From Octopus vulgaris (taxonomy: Eukaryota): DNA of 64,000 nt. A model generated the notes under the pieces. It was not told where the DNA came from. It was given only the letters and a program-made list of their open reading frames with translations, and did no database searches. The position numbers were made by a program, and so were the translations under genes. Positions 42,468 through 54,814 of the stretch are shown piece after piece (positions within the stretch are counted from its first letter, which is position 1; the number at the start of each line of letters is the position of its first letter). The DNA lies in the NCBI GenBank assembly GCA_951406725.2, contig OX597815.1, forward strand, positions 72,168,001 to 72,232,000, read 5' to 3'.

Positions 42468-42682
42468 TGTATGTATGTATATTTGATGTTAATACAAATA
42501 TCATGTGTAGTATATATCAAGGTTTTGAGAGAAAGAGAGAGGGAGAGAGAGAGAGAGAGAGAAAGAAAGAGAGAGAAAGTCTTAATTCGTTGAATAATAA
42601 CATAAAAATATATTAAATTCTTTCAGGTTACAAACTGTTTGATATCTGATCTATAATTATAAATAATAATAATAATGATAAA

Positions 42683-42730
<48 letters not shown>

Positions 42731-42761
42731 TAATAATAATAATAATAATGTGCGTACGTAC

Positions 42762-42811
<50 letters not shown>

Positions 42812-43004
42812 ATGCGTATCCATCCATTTATTCAGTGTTTATGTATAAATGTTTTAAGAATAAGATTTTTTTTAAAGATCTGAGAAACACATCAGAGAAC
42901 GTTTGGTAAAAGTGAATGTGTGGATGTTCGTTAAGTGTATACATATGTGTTTAGTATGTGTGTTGTGTGTGTGCTGTGTGTGTGTGTGCGCGTGTGTGTG
43001 TATT

Positions 43005-43190
43005 GAGGCGGTGAGCTGGCAGAAACGTTAGCACGCCGGGCAAAATGCTTAGTGGCATTTCGACCGTCTTTATATTCTGAGTTCAAATGCTGCTGATGTC
43101 GACATTGCTTTATATAATTTTGGTGTCTATAAAACAAGTACCAGTTGAACACTGGGGTCGAGATAGTCGACTTAACCCCTGCTCCAAATT
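43005..43190 (+). mobile_element. SINE family B
   Basis: Head GGCGGTGAGCTGGCAGAAACGTTAGCACGCCGGG. Confidence 0.8.
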
Positions 43191-43767
43191 GCTTGGCCGG
43201 AGTGGATAGATGTCTGTTCGTCTTCGCTACGTAAGGTTGCGTGCGTGAGTGTGTGCATGCGTGTGTATTTCTAGCGTATGTGCTGGGGGGGGGGGGGCTC
43301 AAATATCAGCACATGTGAAATTCCATAGTTCCATCTACTGTAATGTATCGACTTTGTAGATCACATTATGGGCAGTTAAGAAAACTAAATGCATTCCATG
43401 AAAGGTGCGTCAGAGAAATCCTGAGAGTCAATTGGCAGGTCCGTGTCAGACATGAGACAGATATTGAGAAGAGTGGGATCATGACCACTAAAAGAGTACC
43501 GATCCTTCCTGACTAGTCTCATTCTTCATTTAACCTCTTCGATTCCTATTTTACTATTGTTTTCCTCGACAATAGAGATGAAAACATTTAAAAACAAAAT
43601 ATACAGGCGCAGGCGTGGCTGTATGGTAAGAACCTTGCCTTCCAACCACATTCGCCATTTACCGAATATATGATTTATAAACATTCCATGTGCTTGGCGG
43701 AGTGGATAGATGTCTGTTCGTCTTCGCTACGTAAGGTTGGTGGTTTATTTATGATGTGTTCAGAATC

Positions 43768-43825
43768 AGTTCTGCTGAGGATCATAAGACGTAAGTTGAA
43801 TGTGAAATCACGGTGATACAGAACT
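43768..43825 (+). ncRNA. Type-I hammerhead motif with intact core; best candidate for activity
   Basis: AGTTCTG-CTGAGGA-TCAT...ATGT-GAAA-TCAC G GTGA-TA-CAGAACT; perfect 7-bp helix I, helix III ATCAC/GTGAT, AUA cleavage triplet. Confidence 0.8.
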
Positions 43826-44099
43826 AAATTCATTTTTTAAATGTCTTGCTTTGAAGAACTGCATTTGGGTTTGATTAGTATAATTTTGGTAGTAATGACT
43901 TTGTCCCTCTTAGTGTGAGGCATTTATGTGTAATAATGCCCTCTATACAATATAGATATAATTAATTTGTTCAAAAGAAAAAAATTATTTTCGAATTCTT
44001 TTCTTTTATGAGGTTTTTCACGCTAACTACCTGATAACTTCTTGTTAAGATTACTTATTAAGAGGTTATCCTCAATTGTATATATATATATATATATAT

Positions 44100-44660
44100 C
44101 TGTGTCTGTGACTATGTGTCTGTGTTTGTCTCCCACCATAGCTTGATAACTGGTGGAAGTGTGCTTGGTCTCTTTTAGCAGTTCGGCAAAAGAGACCAAT
44201 AGAATATGCACCAGTCTAAAAAAGAAAAATAATAAGTACTGGGGTCGATGCATTCGACCAAAAATTCTCCAAAGCGTTGCTCCAGCATGGTCGCAGTCTA
44301 ATGACTGAAACAAGTAACAGTTATAAGACGCAGGCATGTTTGTGTGGTTAAAAAGCTTGCTTTGCAACAATGTGCTTTTAGGTTCAGTCCTACTGTGTGG
44401 TACCTTGGGTCAGTGTCTTCTACTTTATCCTCGGATCGACCAACGCCTCGTGAGTGAATGTCGTAAATGGTAACTGCATTGAAGCCCACCGTATATATGT
44501 GTGTGTTAGTGTGTGACAACTGGTATTGGCTTGCTTACGTCTCTGTAACTTAGCAGTTCGGCTAAAAACCGATAGAATCGATTTTTTTTTGCTAAAACCT
44601 TCAAAGCGGTGCCTTGGTATGATCGCAGTCTGAAAAGAAAAACTAACAGATAAAAAAAGA
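44100..44660 (+). mobile_element. Two tandem SINE family A copies (tail half 44100-44320; 44328-44660)
   Basis: Family A homology. Confidence 0.75.
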
Positions 44661-45179
44661 TAAACGATAAACGATAAAAGAGAAAAGACTACAGTTGGTT
44701 CTTACCGTAACGTGAATCCGCATCCACAAATGCACATACGCCTATATATCTTTGACAGAATCATTAGTGTGTCGAAGAAAAATGCCTTGTGGAATTTATT
44801 TCGGCTCTTTACATTTCGTCGAGATTGACTGACTTTTATGCTTCCGGATCTGTTAAAATAGTACCACCAATTCCAGACAAAAGAACTTTGGTTGAGATTA
44901 CCACAGCAACTATAAACCATCTGATATTTAATAATATTGAAGAGCGAATGTATGGAAGCACTGCAAATTTTATGGAATCAATTTGAGCGAATTTTATCTG
45001 AGTGTAGCTCGGGTGGGTCATTATGTCAATAATAAACACACGCACTGGTTCTATTTCACGCCTTTATTTCCTATTTGTCAATATGTCGATTATTTAACCA
45101 ATTAACCAATTGATTGTTTCATTAGTCGTTCGGACACTGAATCAATCAATTAGTTTTGTCCTTTCGTTGCTATTTTGCG

Positions 45180-45577
45180 GGCTGCGATTAAGCATTTGCC
45201 ACACTGTTGTCACGTTCTCCGCAGGATGTGGTTGGACGGCCACTTCTTGCATCGTTCACAGATCTCGTGGTCATCAGCTTTGCATAACAACTTTTTGTTG
45301 TTTCCGGACGTAGTGTTGCATGCTTACCTTTCCATGCACGCCACCATCTATGAACCAAAACAATGGAATTTCACACTTCATACAGTGCTGCTATCTTAAC
45401 TCGCTCTTGAACAGTCAAGCGATCGTCCACGTGGAAAATAAGAAATAAGAAATAAGAAAATAAGAAAATAAGAAATCCCCACCAGTGTTGCCTGTTTAAA
45501 AAATGCTTTCGTCATGACTTCAGTGTTACGAAAAATTCTATAAACAATTTCTAATGCCTAGTTACTTTCCACCCACC

Positions 45578-45582
<5 letters not shown>
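45180..45582 (-). mobile_element. Tc1/mariner (rosa-like) 5' end relic
   Basis: End CAGAGGGTGGGTGGAAAGTAAC; peptide RLTVQERVKIAALYEV..KLMTTRSVNDARSGRPTTS..ENVTTVWQMLNRS. Confidence 0.7.
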
Positions 45583-45626
<44 letters not shown>

Positions 45627-45634
45627 GTCTGTTA

Positions 45635-45873
45635 TTGAAGGCGGTGAGCTGGCAGAAACGTTAGCACGCCGGGCGAAATGCGTTGCCGTATTTCGCTGCC
45701 GTTACGTTCCGAGTTCAAATTCCGCCGAGGTCGACTTTGCCTTTCATCCTTCCGGAGTCGATAAATTAAGTACCAGTTACGCACTGGGGTCGATATAATC
45801 GACTTAATCCCTTTGTCTGTCCTTGTTTGTCTCCTCTGTGTTTAGCCCCTTGTGGGTTGTAAAGAAATATATA
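45635..45873 (+). mobile_element. Young full-length SINE family B with 12-bp TSD
   Basis: TAAAGTCTGTTA at 45623-45634 and 45874-45885. Confidence 0.9.
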
Positions 45874-45879
45874 TAAAGT

Positions 45880-46684
45880 CTGTTAATCCGTTAATCGTTA
45901 ATTAACGAAGTTAACATTTTCGTTAACGACTTAACTTTTAAGTTAACTTTGAAAATCATTATCGGACCAATCAACTTCCGTTACATTTAGCTTCCGTTAA
46001 CTCAAGTCCGTTAACCCCAAAATTTCATAAAAACCGGTAAACGCTTAAAAGTTTCTATTGTTTTCAGATTGTCTTAGCATATTTAATATTGTACGCGTCA
46101 TTCTTTCAACCCCGATATAACCCCACTTATTATTATAAATAACTTCTAGGACCACGTTTGGCCCTGTCTGGATTTGAAATCAAATCCACCCACTTGTTGC
46201 TTACAGCGGCAAATTTCTTTGTCATATCAAGAGGGAACAGTAATTGATGTGTTTCTACTTGATCCGTCACCTCGCTGAAGTGGATGGCAACAGAGAAAAT
46301 ATTGACTTCCATAAAGTGGAAAATATAAATGGAAAAAAAAAAGTTGGTAAATATTTCGATGTGAACGCAAATAGCTGTTACGCGGTAGCAGGGTATGCTA
46401 GAAATAGCAGCCAAATCTTACCTTTTCTGGAAAAAGGAGCCGTTTACGCGTGATTTCGGTGTCACATTCGTTGATAGCATGCAAAATAACCTAGGAAAGA
46501 AAAAAAGGCCCGCGAAACAAAACTCCCTTTTCTGGAAGTTATGAGGCAACAAAATCTGTAGTAATGCCTTTTTTCAATAAAAGTTAACGCTAACGGGTTA
46601 ACGCTAACTTCTGTTACATTTTCAAAGAATTAACGGATTAACGATTAATGAAGTCAACTTTTCGATTAACGGTGCCCACCCCTC
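45880..46684. mobile_element. hAT-like non-autonomous element with GTTAAC-rich subterminal arrays
   Basis: Dense CGTTAA/TTAACG motifs at both ends in inverted arrangement; right end GGTGCCCACCCCT; left TIR missing. Confidence 0.55.
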
Positions 46685-46728
46685 TCTGTCTCTTTATATA
46701 TATATATATATATTATTTATATATACAT

Positions 46729-46769
<41 letters not shown>

Positions 46770-46786
46770 GTATGCATGTATGTATG

Positions 46787-46862
<76 letters not shown>

Positions 46863-47052
46863 TAGTCACCATGAGGATATTCCAACCTCTCATAGGGATA
46901 TTTATCCAAGATACACTGGAATTATTAAATTTTGAAGAGATAATTCTTCAATGAATATATTATATAGAACTTCGCAAGACATCAAACATTTTTATCGAGT
47001 TAGAAAACAGATCTAATGGATACAAATTAATTTATGAATTAATCAACATATT

Positions 47053-47155
47053 CACCAACAATTGTTTCAGTGCACAAATAAGATTAAAATTACAAAACAT
47101 ATATAACTGTATGATTTTGCATATTAAATACCTTAGAAGGAAAATCATCAGGGTG
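47053..47155 (-). ncRNA. Type-I hammerhead motif with intact core and about 76-nt helix II insert
   Basis: CACC-CTGATGA-...-GAAA-CAATTG-TT-GGTG; palindromic helix III ACAATTGT; distal helix II hairpin pairs but its base does not. Confidence 0.6.
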
Positions 47156-47651
47156 TTCAGAGGACAATAAGGATTACATTAGGATACTTCCGGAATATAC
47201 AGAATATATAAACATGTTTACTATGCGTGCATGTATACGTGTGTGCGTGTGTACGCATGCGTTAAAATTACTCCTTCTATTTCAATTCACCAATAATAAT
47301 AGTAACAATCATGAATGATGGATTATATTATATATGGGCAAAATAATATAAAGAATAAAAGAAGGTAAAAGTAAAACAAAATTTATACCTCCGTTTGTAT
47401 ATACATATACACACATATATACACATACACACGCATACGCAACAAGTATGTATGTCAATATGTACATCAATACGTACATATAAATATACACAGACACATA
47501 TATACACATACACAAGCACGTGGAACAAGTATGAATGTCAATATGAACATCAATACGTACATATTGATGTACATAATGATATATATATTTGTTGCGTGTG
47601 CGTGTGAATATGTGTGTATGTGTATATATGTATATGTATATACATATATAA

Positions 47652-47860
47652 AGTTAATCCAAACATGAAAACACAAAGAGAAAACACAACAACGCGAGGA
47701 CGTGGAACAAGTATAGTATTATTGGACGCTCAGGAAAGAAGGAGGGTTTAACGTTTCGAGCGGAGCTCTTCCTCAGAAACATAGGAAAATGAAAGATCCA
47801 AAGAAGGGAAGACGGAGGAAAAAAAGTCGCCAACGGTACACACGCGGTCACATTTTGAAT
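47652..47860 (-). mobile_element. pLTR-like repeat family H6 between TA tracts
   Basis: Carries the minimal HHR at 47746-47780; similar architecture to H5 (TTCCTGAGCGT after the HHR). Confidence 0.65.
47746..47780 (-). ncRNA. Minimal Penelope-type hammerhead with intact core
   Basis: GTTT-CTGAGGA-A-GAGC tcc GCTC-GAAA-CG-TT-AAAC; palindromic AACGTT replaces helix III. Confidence 0.75.
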
Positions 47861-47899
47861 GTATATATACATATATACATACATATATACATACATACA

Positions 47900-48073
47900 T
47901 TTCTCTCCTTTTTTCTCTCCTTGTTTCTCTCCTTGTTTCTTTGTGTCCTTTTCTGTAGAAGAGCGTAGGCTCGAAACGTAAAAGACTTTTCTATTCCTGA
48001 GCGTTATACTAATACATCTGTTTGTTTTGTACACCACCTGTCTTCGTCTTTTGTTTTTTCTTAAACACTCCCT
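47900..48073 (+). mobile_element. pLTR-like repeat family H5 with minimal HHR (47949-47984, CUGUAGA core)
   Basis: TTTT-CTGTAGA-A-GAGC gtag GCTC-GAAA-CG-TA-AAAG; second copy at 14442-14730. Confidence 0.7.
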
Positions 48074-48074
48074 G

Positions 48075-48100
<26 letters not shown>

Positions 48101-48107
<7 letters not shown>

Positions 48108-48367
48108 GCTGTGTCTCGTGTTTCCGAGCTTGCAATCCAGTTCATTTTCCTGGGTGTTTGAACCGCATATGGCTCCGCAATCCAAGGGTTGCATGAAACA
48201 CACGGGGACATTATTGACAAGGGATAGAAGGGGATGGTTTGGGAAGGAGAAGGCGCTGCTTTCTCTCCTGTCTCTTGAGTCCAGCTCTTGCCTCTCGGGC
48301 TTTCTCGAAGTCCGCAGAACCCGTATTTATGGTCTGTATCTAGAGGGGTCTCCAGACCCCTCTGGAT

Positions 48368-48370
<3 letters not shown>
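48101..48370 (-). mobile_element. RTE-clade LINE 3' end with C2H2 finger and short 3' UTR
   Basis: INTGSADFEKAREARAGLKRQERKQR..IPCQ*CPRVFHATLGLRSHMRFKH. Confidence 0.75.
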
Positions 48371-48440
<70 letters not shown>

Positions 48441-48442
<2 letters not shown>

Positions 48443-48478
48443 CAAATAAGTAACAAGGATATCAAGGTATTAATGCAG

Positions 48479-48480
<2 letters not shown>
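48441..48480 (-). mobile_element. 40-bp family H1 fragment between TA tracts, starting at the HHR cleavage site
   Basis: Minus strand TA|CTGCAT..CTTGATATCCTTGTTACTTATTTG aligns with 1051-1085. Confidence 0.6.
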
Positions 48481-48521
<41 letters not shown>

Positions 48522-48562
48522 AGCTGCGTACATGTATGTTTGCGTGCGTGTGTGAGTGTGTC

Positions 48563-48935
<373 letters not shown>

Positions 48936-48957
48936 GCACAATACTCATAGATGTATT

Positions 48958-48988
<31 letters not shown>

Positions 48989-49172
48989 TTGTAAGTCAGA
49001 AGGAAAGTACATTCAATATGAGCAATACAGCGCTATATATATATTATCTATATATCGTCACGCAGTACCATACCGTAGGTTTCGTGCAGACTCTTACACT
49101 TGGTAATATTGACGACTCTTCGAAAACGTTCACACACACACACACATGCATGTATGCATCTATGTTCGTTAT

Positions 49173-49226
<54 letters not shown>

Positions 49227-50097
49227 CACACACACACACGTATAGATGTTTGCATATTCGTTCACTTATGTGTGTAGCTAGTAGGTGAATATTATGTGTT
49301 GTGTGTGCACGGGCACGGGCGTGTGCGTGAGTATGTGTGCTTGAAAGTATGCGTTTACAGACAAAATTATTAAAAAACAACCGCAATTTCTTGTTACTAT
49401 GACAAAAGTACAGAGGGCGCTACCAACTGGTTACATGTACTTTTAGTACTAATCGATAGGTTTTTTTTAATAGACAGTCACACACGTATGTATGTGTATG
49501 TGTGCGTATGTATGAATGTGTTTGTGTGTGTGTATGTACCTGAGTGTAAGTCGAATACTCAAAACACAAGCATCTAGTATACTTGCACACATGCACATAG
49601 TTACACACACACACACACACACACGAATAGATAGCGTACACATGTATACCATAATAAAGACAATGGTATTGGGATGTAATTTAAACAAAAGAAACAACCG
49701 GTATTATACACACCTGTAGATAAGTAGGTGAGTGGACAGTCAAACAGAAAGATAGACAGACAAATTGACAAAAGACAGATAGATAAATAGATAGATAGGT
49801 ATATAGTTAGATAGATAGGTAAATAGATAGACAAATAGATAGATAGATTGGTGATAGGTTGATAGATGATAGATAGACACACATATATATGCATATATAT
49901 GCATATTCGTATACATAGACATATAGATATATGTATATATACATATATATATATATGTTAAGGTTTATGAATGTATAAATATATGTGTGTGTGTGTATGT
50001 AATAATGTGCATAACTATATATATTTATATATATATATATATATTTATGCACATTCATACATACACACACATATATATTTATACATTCATAAACCTT

Positions 50098-50160
<63 letters not shown>

Positions 50161-50563
50161 GCATGTGTGTATGTATTTAAATGTCACTGAGACCATTTGA
50201 AAGTATTGATTATAAAGATGTTGACAAGAGATAGACAGATAGATAGATTGAGAGAGAGAGAAAGGGAGAAAGGTAAAGAGAAGATTTGAAATAGGTTAGA
50301 GACAGTTGACAAGCTGATTAGTCACGTCACTTTGATCAGGTATTAGGCGATTATTGACCAACCGCTTCTCCGGGAGGTTTCACTTTTAATGGGGTCGTTT
50401 TGTATGAGGGAGTGGAGTTGATTGTTAACTTAGTGGACTAATGATCTCTTTGTGTGTGGTGGTAGTGGTGGGTATGAACGAAATGAAACAACGAAATGAA
50501 ATGGAGAAAAGTGTGATAGAAAAGAGAAGACTTGATCGGAAGATCGGAAGAGAAAAGAAAACT

Positions 50564-50597
<34 letters not shown>

Positions 50598-52441
50598 AGG
50601 GAGAGCGATTGGACAAAAACAGAAAGAGAGGGCGAGAAAAGACGAGAGAGAGAGAGATAAGCATAGAGGGAGAGAGAGATAGATAGAGCGGGAGAGAGAG
50701 ATAGACATAGAGGGAGAGAGAGAGATATAGAGGGAGAGAGAGATAGACACAGAGGGAGAGAGATAGAGAGGGAAAGTGAAACAGAAAGAAAACGAGAGAC
50801 AGAGATTGAGAGGTAGATAGACAGACAGACAGAGAGTAAGAGCGAGAGAGAAATAGTGAAGGGATGGAGTAAATATGAGAGAGTAAAGATAGATTAAGCG
50901 AAAGAGATCGATGGTTATAAAACGGATATTAATCGACTAAATTTGACTAACACTAATCGAAGGCAAGTTGGTATAAAAGTGATTGCTAGTGAGAGCAGGA
51001 GACATATTTTATGTCACCATAAAACAAAATAAGATAAAGTAGTTTATGATAGTTTATGAAGGGAGATAAATCTTCAAAAGATATTTCTTGGGATTAATTA
51101 TAAGTAGTTGAAGAAGACGAAAATCAGAAAAGGAAAATAAAGTAATAAAAAAATAGGAAAAAAAATATATGAGTCAGAACGAAGAGAAAGGCAAAACAGA
51201 TTAAAAGAGAATCACAAAAGATCTATCTGTCCTTTGGACACGACCACATTCAAGCTCGTACATTTAAAAGGAGAACGTCAAAGGTATATATGACAATTGG
51301 TGGTTACTGTTTGATCGTACAACAATATACTACCATTTCTGTTCTTTTTTCCTGTCTTTCTTTAGGCTTTCTACAGTCAGTTGATAATAAATTTTACAAG
51401 AGAAACTTCAGAACTCCCCGGCAGCAAAGTAACATCATTGGAAATATAATATTATCGCTTTCTTAACTGTCTTCTGCCTTAAAGTACATAGAGAAAGAAA
51501 CGAAATTATGGTTATACAATTGAAGAGAAGGAAAGTCAAAAGACAAATACGAGACAGACTAATGCTGTTTTGTTCTGAGATTATAAAACAACAAGCGCTG
51601 ACGAATATTGAACTAAGCTCTTGGCAATTCGAGTTCACAACTCGGTTTCATTTCCGTTTGATTTTGTTTCTCTCAATTGATCGAGGCGTAAACGTCGCAC
51701 CTCTTTCCGCCTTTGCTTTAATTAAATAAGAATAATCACCATTTTATGACGAACGGCTATAAGTACGAATTGGCAAGCATTTGATATTTGATTTTATTAA
51801 TATTTTATGTGCTCTATGAAATGAAGAGTTTGTCACTTTGGTCATAATGAGCAAAATACTTATTGATAGCTAAAACATCCGCTGGCTCAGTTCACATAGT
51901 TGTAAATAGCTACCATGGTTAGGTACAGTTCATTATTATAAAGAGTTTATGTTCTGTTACCTAACTCATTTCATTTTTGTATTTGGTTTGCATGATTCTT
52001 GATGTGAACTCCTGTTGAGACATATTTTGTTGTATTTCAGGACGGTCATTATGCCAATAATAAACACACGCACTGGTTCTGTGTCACTTCTTTATAATTT
52101 GTTTGTCAATTGGTTAACTGTTAAAAGGTGTTCCTTTTAATATAGAGAGTGCGAAAAGAATCTGCTCTGGTAGTCGATATTACCTGAGTAAAACTATACA
52201 GTATTGTCAATCCTACTGGTGTTGGTGTCCTATCCATGTTTTAGTTATAATTGTCGGATGTCTAGGTGTGTAACAGTACAAGCTGTTTGTTAATTTATTG
52301 ACTGTGTGTTATACCTAGTATGTAGCAATCCAGGCTGTGCATAGTTGTGTGTTATAGATTACAAAATGTGTGTTAGATACCGTGTACAAAGATTCATCTC
52401 ATCCTTAGTAGACTTCAGCAAAGTCAATATTTGAAATAATG

Positions 52442-52485
<44 letters not shown>

Positions 52486-52486
<1 letters not shown>

Positions 52487-52870
52487 TGAAGAAAAAATGC
52501 TTTCTAATTGATGTATCAATACCAGCAGATGACAACGTTTCTCTAAAAGAAATGGAGAAACTTTCAAAATACAAAGACCTGGAAATAGCGGTAACTCGAA
52601 TGTGGAATCTAAAAACAGAAACAATTCCTATCATAGTAGGCGCATTAGATATGATAAAAAAATATTCAGACAAATACATAACAAAAACACCAGGACTTAC
52701 AAATATATATAACACACAGAAAATTGTACTACTGGGCACTGCACACATCCTACGTAAAACACTTTCAATACAGCAACCATAAGAGCATTACAGCAAACCA
52801 CAACATGTACCCAAGGCACACAGAGCTGCGCTCAGTAGTGAAGTGAAAGCACACTATAAAAGTAAAACTA

Positions 52871-52875
<5 letters not shown>
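52486..52875 (+). mobile_element. 5'-truncated Dong/R4-type retrotransposon (REL C-terminus plus 3' UTR) inserted in (TAA)n
   Basis: Open frame CFLIDVSIPADDNVSLKEMEKLSKYKDLEI..W..IPIIVGAL..QKIVLLGTAHILRK; (TAA)n on both flanks. Confidence 0.9.
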
Positions 52876-52927
<52 letters not shown>

Positions 52928-52933
52928 TATAAT

Positions 52934-53715
52934 CCTTTCTATTATAGGCACAAGCCCCTAAATTTGGGGGAGAGGTAAGTCGATTATATCGACCTCAGTA
53001 CTCAACTAATACTTAATTTATTGACCCCGAAAGGATTAATGGCAAAGTCGACCTCTGCGAATTTGAACACAGAACGCTAAGAACCAACTGAAATGCAGCT
53101 AAGCATTTCACCGACCTGCAAACGATTTCAAATTTTGGCACAAGGCCAGCAATTTCGAGGCAGAGGTTAAGTCAATTACTTCGATCCCAGTGCTCATCTG
53201 GATCATATTCTATCAATCCCGAAAGGATGAAAGGCAAAGCTGACCTCGAAATAAGAATCCAAACTGTAAAACCGGAAGAAATGCCACTAAGCATTTTGTT
53301 CAGGGCAAAAACAATTCTGCCAGTTAGCCAGCCTTTTAGTTATTCTTTCAAATTTTGACACAAGGCCAGTAATTTGAGGAAGAGGCAAATGCCAAATAAT
53401 GACCTCAGTACTTAACTTATTCTGTATTTTATCGACTTCGAATGGACGAAATGTAAAGAGCCGGAACAAATGGAGCAAAGCATTTTTTCTGATGCTCTGG
53501 CAATTCTTCCATTTCACCGCTTTATGCTTTCAAATTTTAGCACATGGTCTAAGATTTTAGGGGAAAAGGTTGGTCAGTCATATCGACCTAGTGCTCAACT
53601 AGTATTTATTTTAATCGACTCCGAAAGAATGAAAGATAAATTTAAACAAAAGCATAAAAAGAAATGCTGCTAAGTATTCTGTCCGACGTGCCAACGATCC
53701 TTCCAGTTCACTAAT
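52934..53715 (-). mobile_element. Four head-to-tail SINE family B units (about 190 bp)
   Basis: Recurrent TTTCAAATTTTGGCACAAGGCC...GAAAGGATGAAAGGCAAAG...GCTAAGCATTT blocks. Confidence 0.8.
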
Positions 53716-53740
53716 TTAATAATAATATTTACTACAACAA

Positions 53741-54140
53741 AGGCGGTGAGCTGGCAGAAACGTTAGCACGCCGGGCGAAATGCTTAGCGGTATTTCTCCT
53801 GCCGTTACTTCTGGGTTCAGATTCCGCCGAGGTCGACTTTGCCTTTCATCCTTTCGGGGTCGATAAATTAAGGACCAGTTACGCACTGGGGTCGATGTAA
53901 TCGACTTAATCCGTTTATCTGTCCTTGTTTGTCCCCTCTGTGTTTAGCCTCTTGTGGGTAGTAAAAAAACAGGTATTTCGCCTGCCGCTACATTCTGAGT
54001 TCAAATTCCGCCGAGGTCGACTTTGCCTTTCATCCTTTTGGGGACGATAAATTAAGTACCAGTTGCGTACTGGAGTCGATCTAATCGACTGGCCCCTTCC
54101 TCAAAAGTTTCGGGCCTTGTGCCTAGAGTAGAAAAGAATA
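53741..54140 (+). mobile_element. Young SINE family B dimer with two alternative tails
   Basis: Full unit 53741-53970 followed by a 5'-truncated unit 53972-54140. Confidence 0.85.
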
Positions 54141-54814
54141 TTTACCACCACAACAACAATAATATATTTTCTTTATTGACAAGGGCCGCGAAAACAGGAC
54201 AATTCAAAGACAAAAAACAATGAAGATTTACATATACCTGTGTAAACAAGAAAATAATATCACCATCAAGAAAATTGATGATAAAATCCCCAATATTGGT
54301 AGTAACTTACAAGTTCAACCAAGGAGCACCAATTATCCTGGATCATATCAACCACCAAGGGACAAGATCCTCTGCTATGCATTCTATCCAGCCTACCGGA
54401 ACAAACTCGAACAATCATCTACCTTTGAACAAATTTAGCAGTGGTGTTGGTAAGTAGGTGGGGTGGGGGGCAGCACCTCTCTCTCCACCCTCACCGTCCT
54501 TTTCGAGTGAAAGATAACAATAATAAAAATCTCTATATCATAAAGAGGAAGAGGAGGAGACGATGAAATATGTAGAAGTGGAAGGAGTTACATAAATGAG
54601 AAATTTTTTAAAATTTTATTTTGATTTAAAAAAATTTTTTCTTTTGAAATTAATATTCGTTTCATCATTTTGCATAAATTTTAAGAAATTTGACAAAAGT
54701 TAAATTATAATTATTGTACGTATGACGTATTTCTTGATAATACTCACGGTAGCATACGTCTACTTCCAAAGATATCCGTCATATGACGGGTAACACTTGC
54801 AATAATTCTTTCTA

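Noticed and set aside
47654-48445. 263-aa minus-strand ORF
   Set aside because: Chimeric read-through of TA tracts, an off-frame RTE fragment and two pLTR-like repeats.
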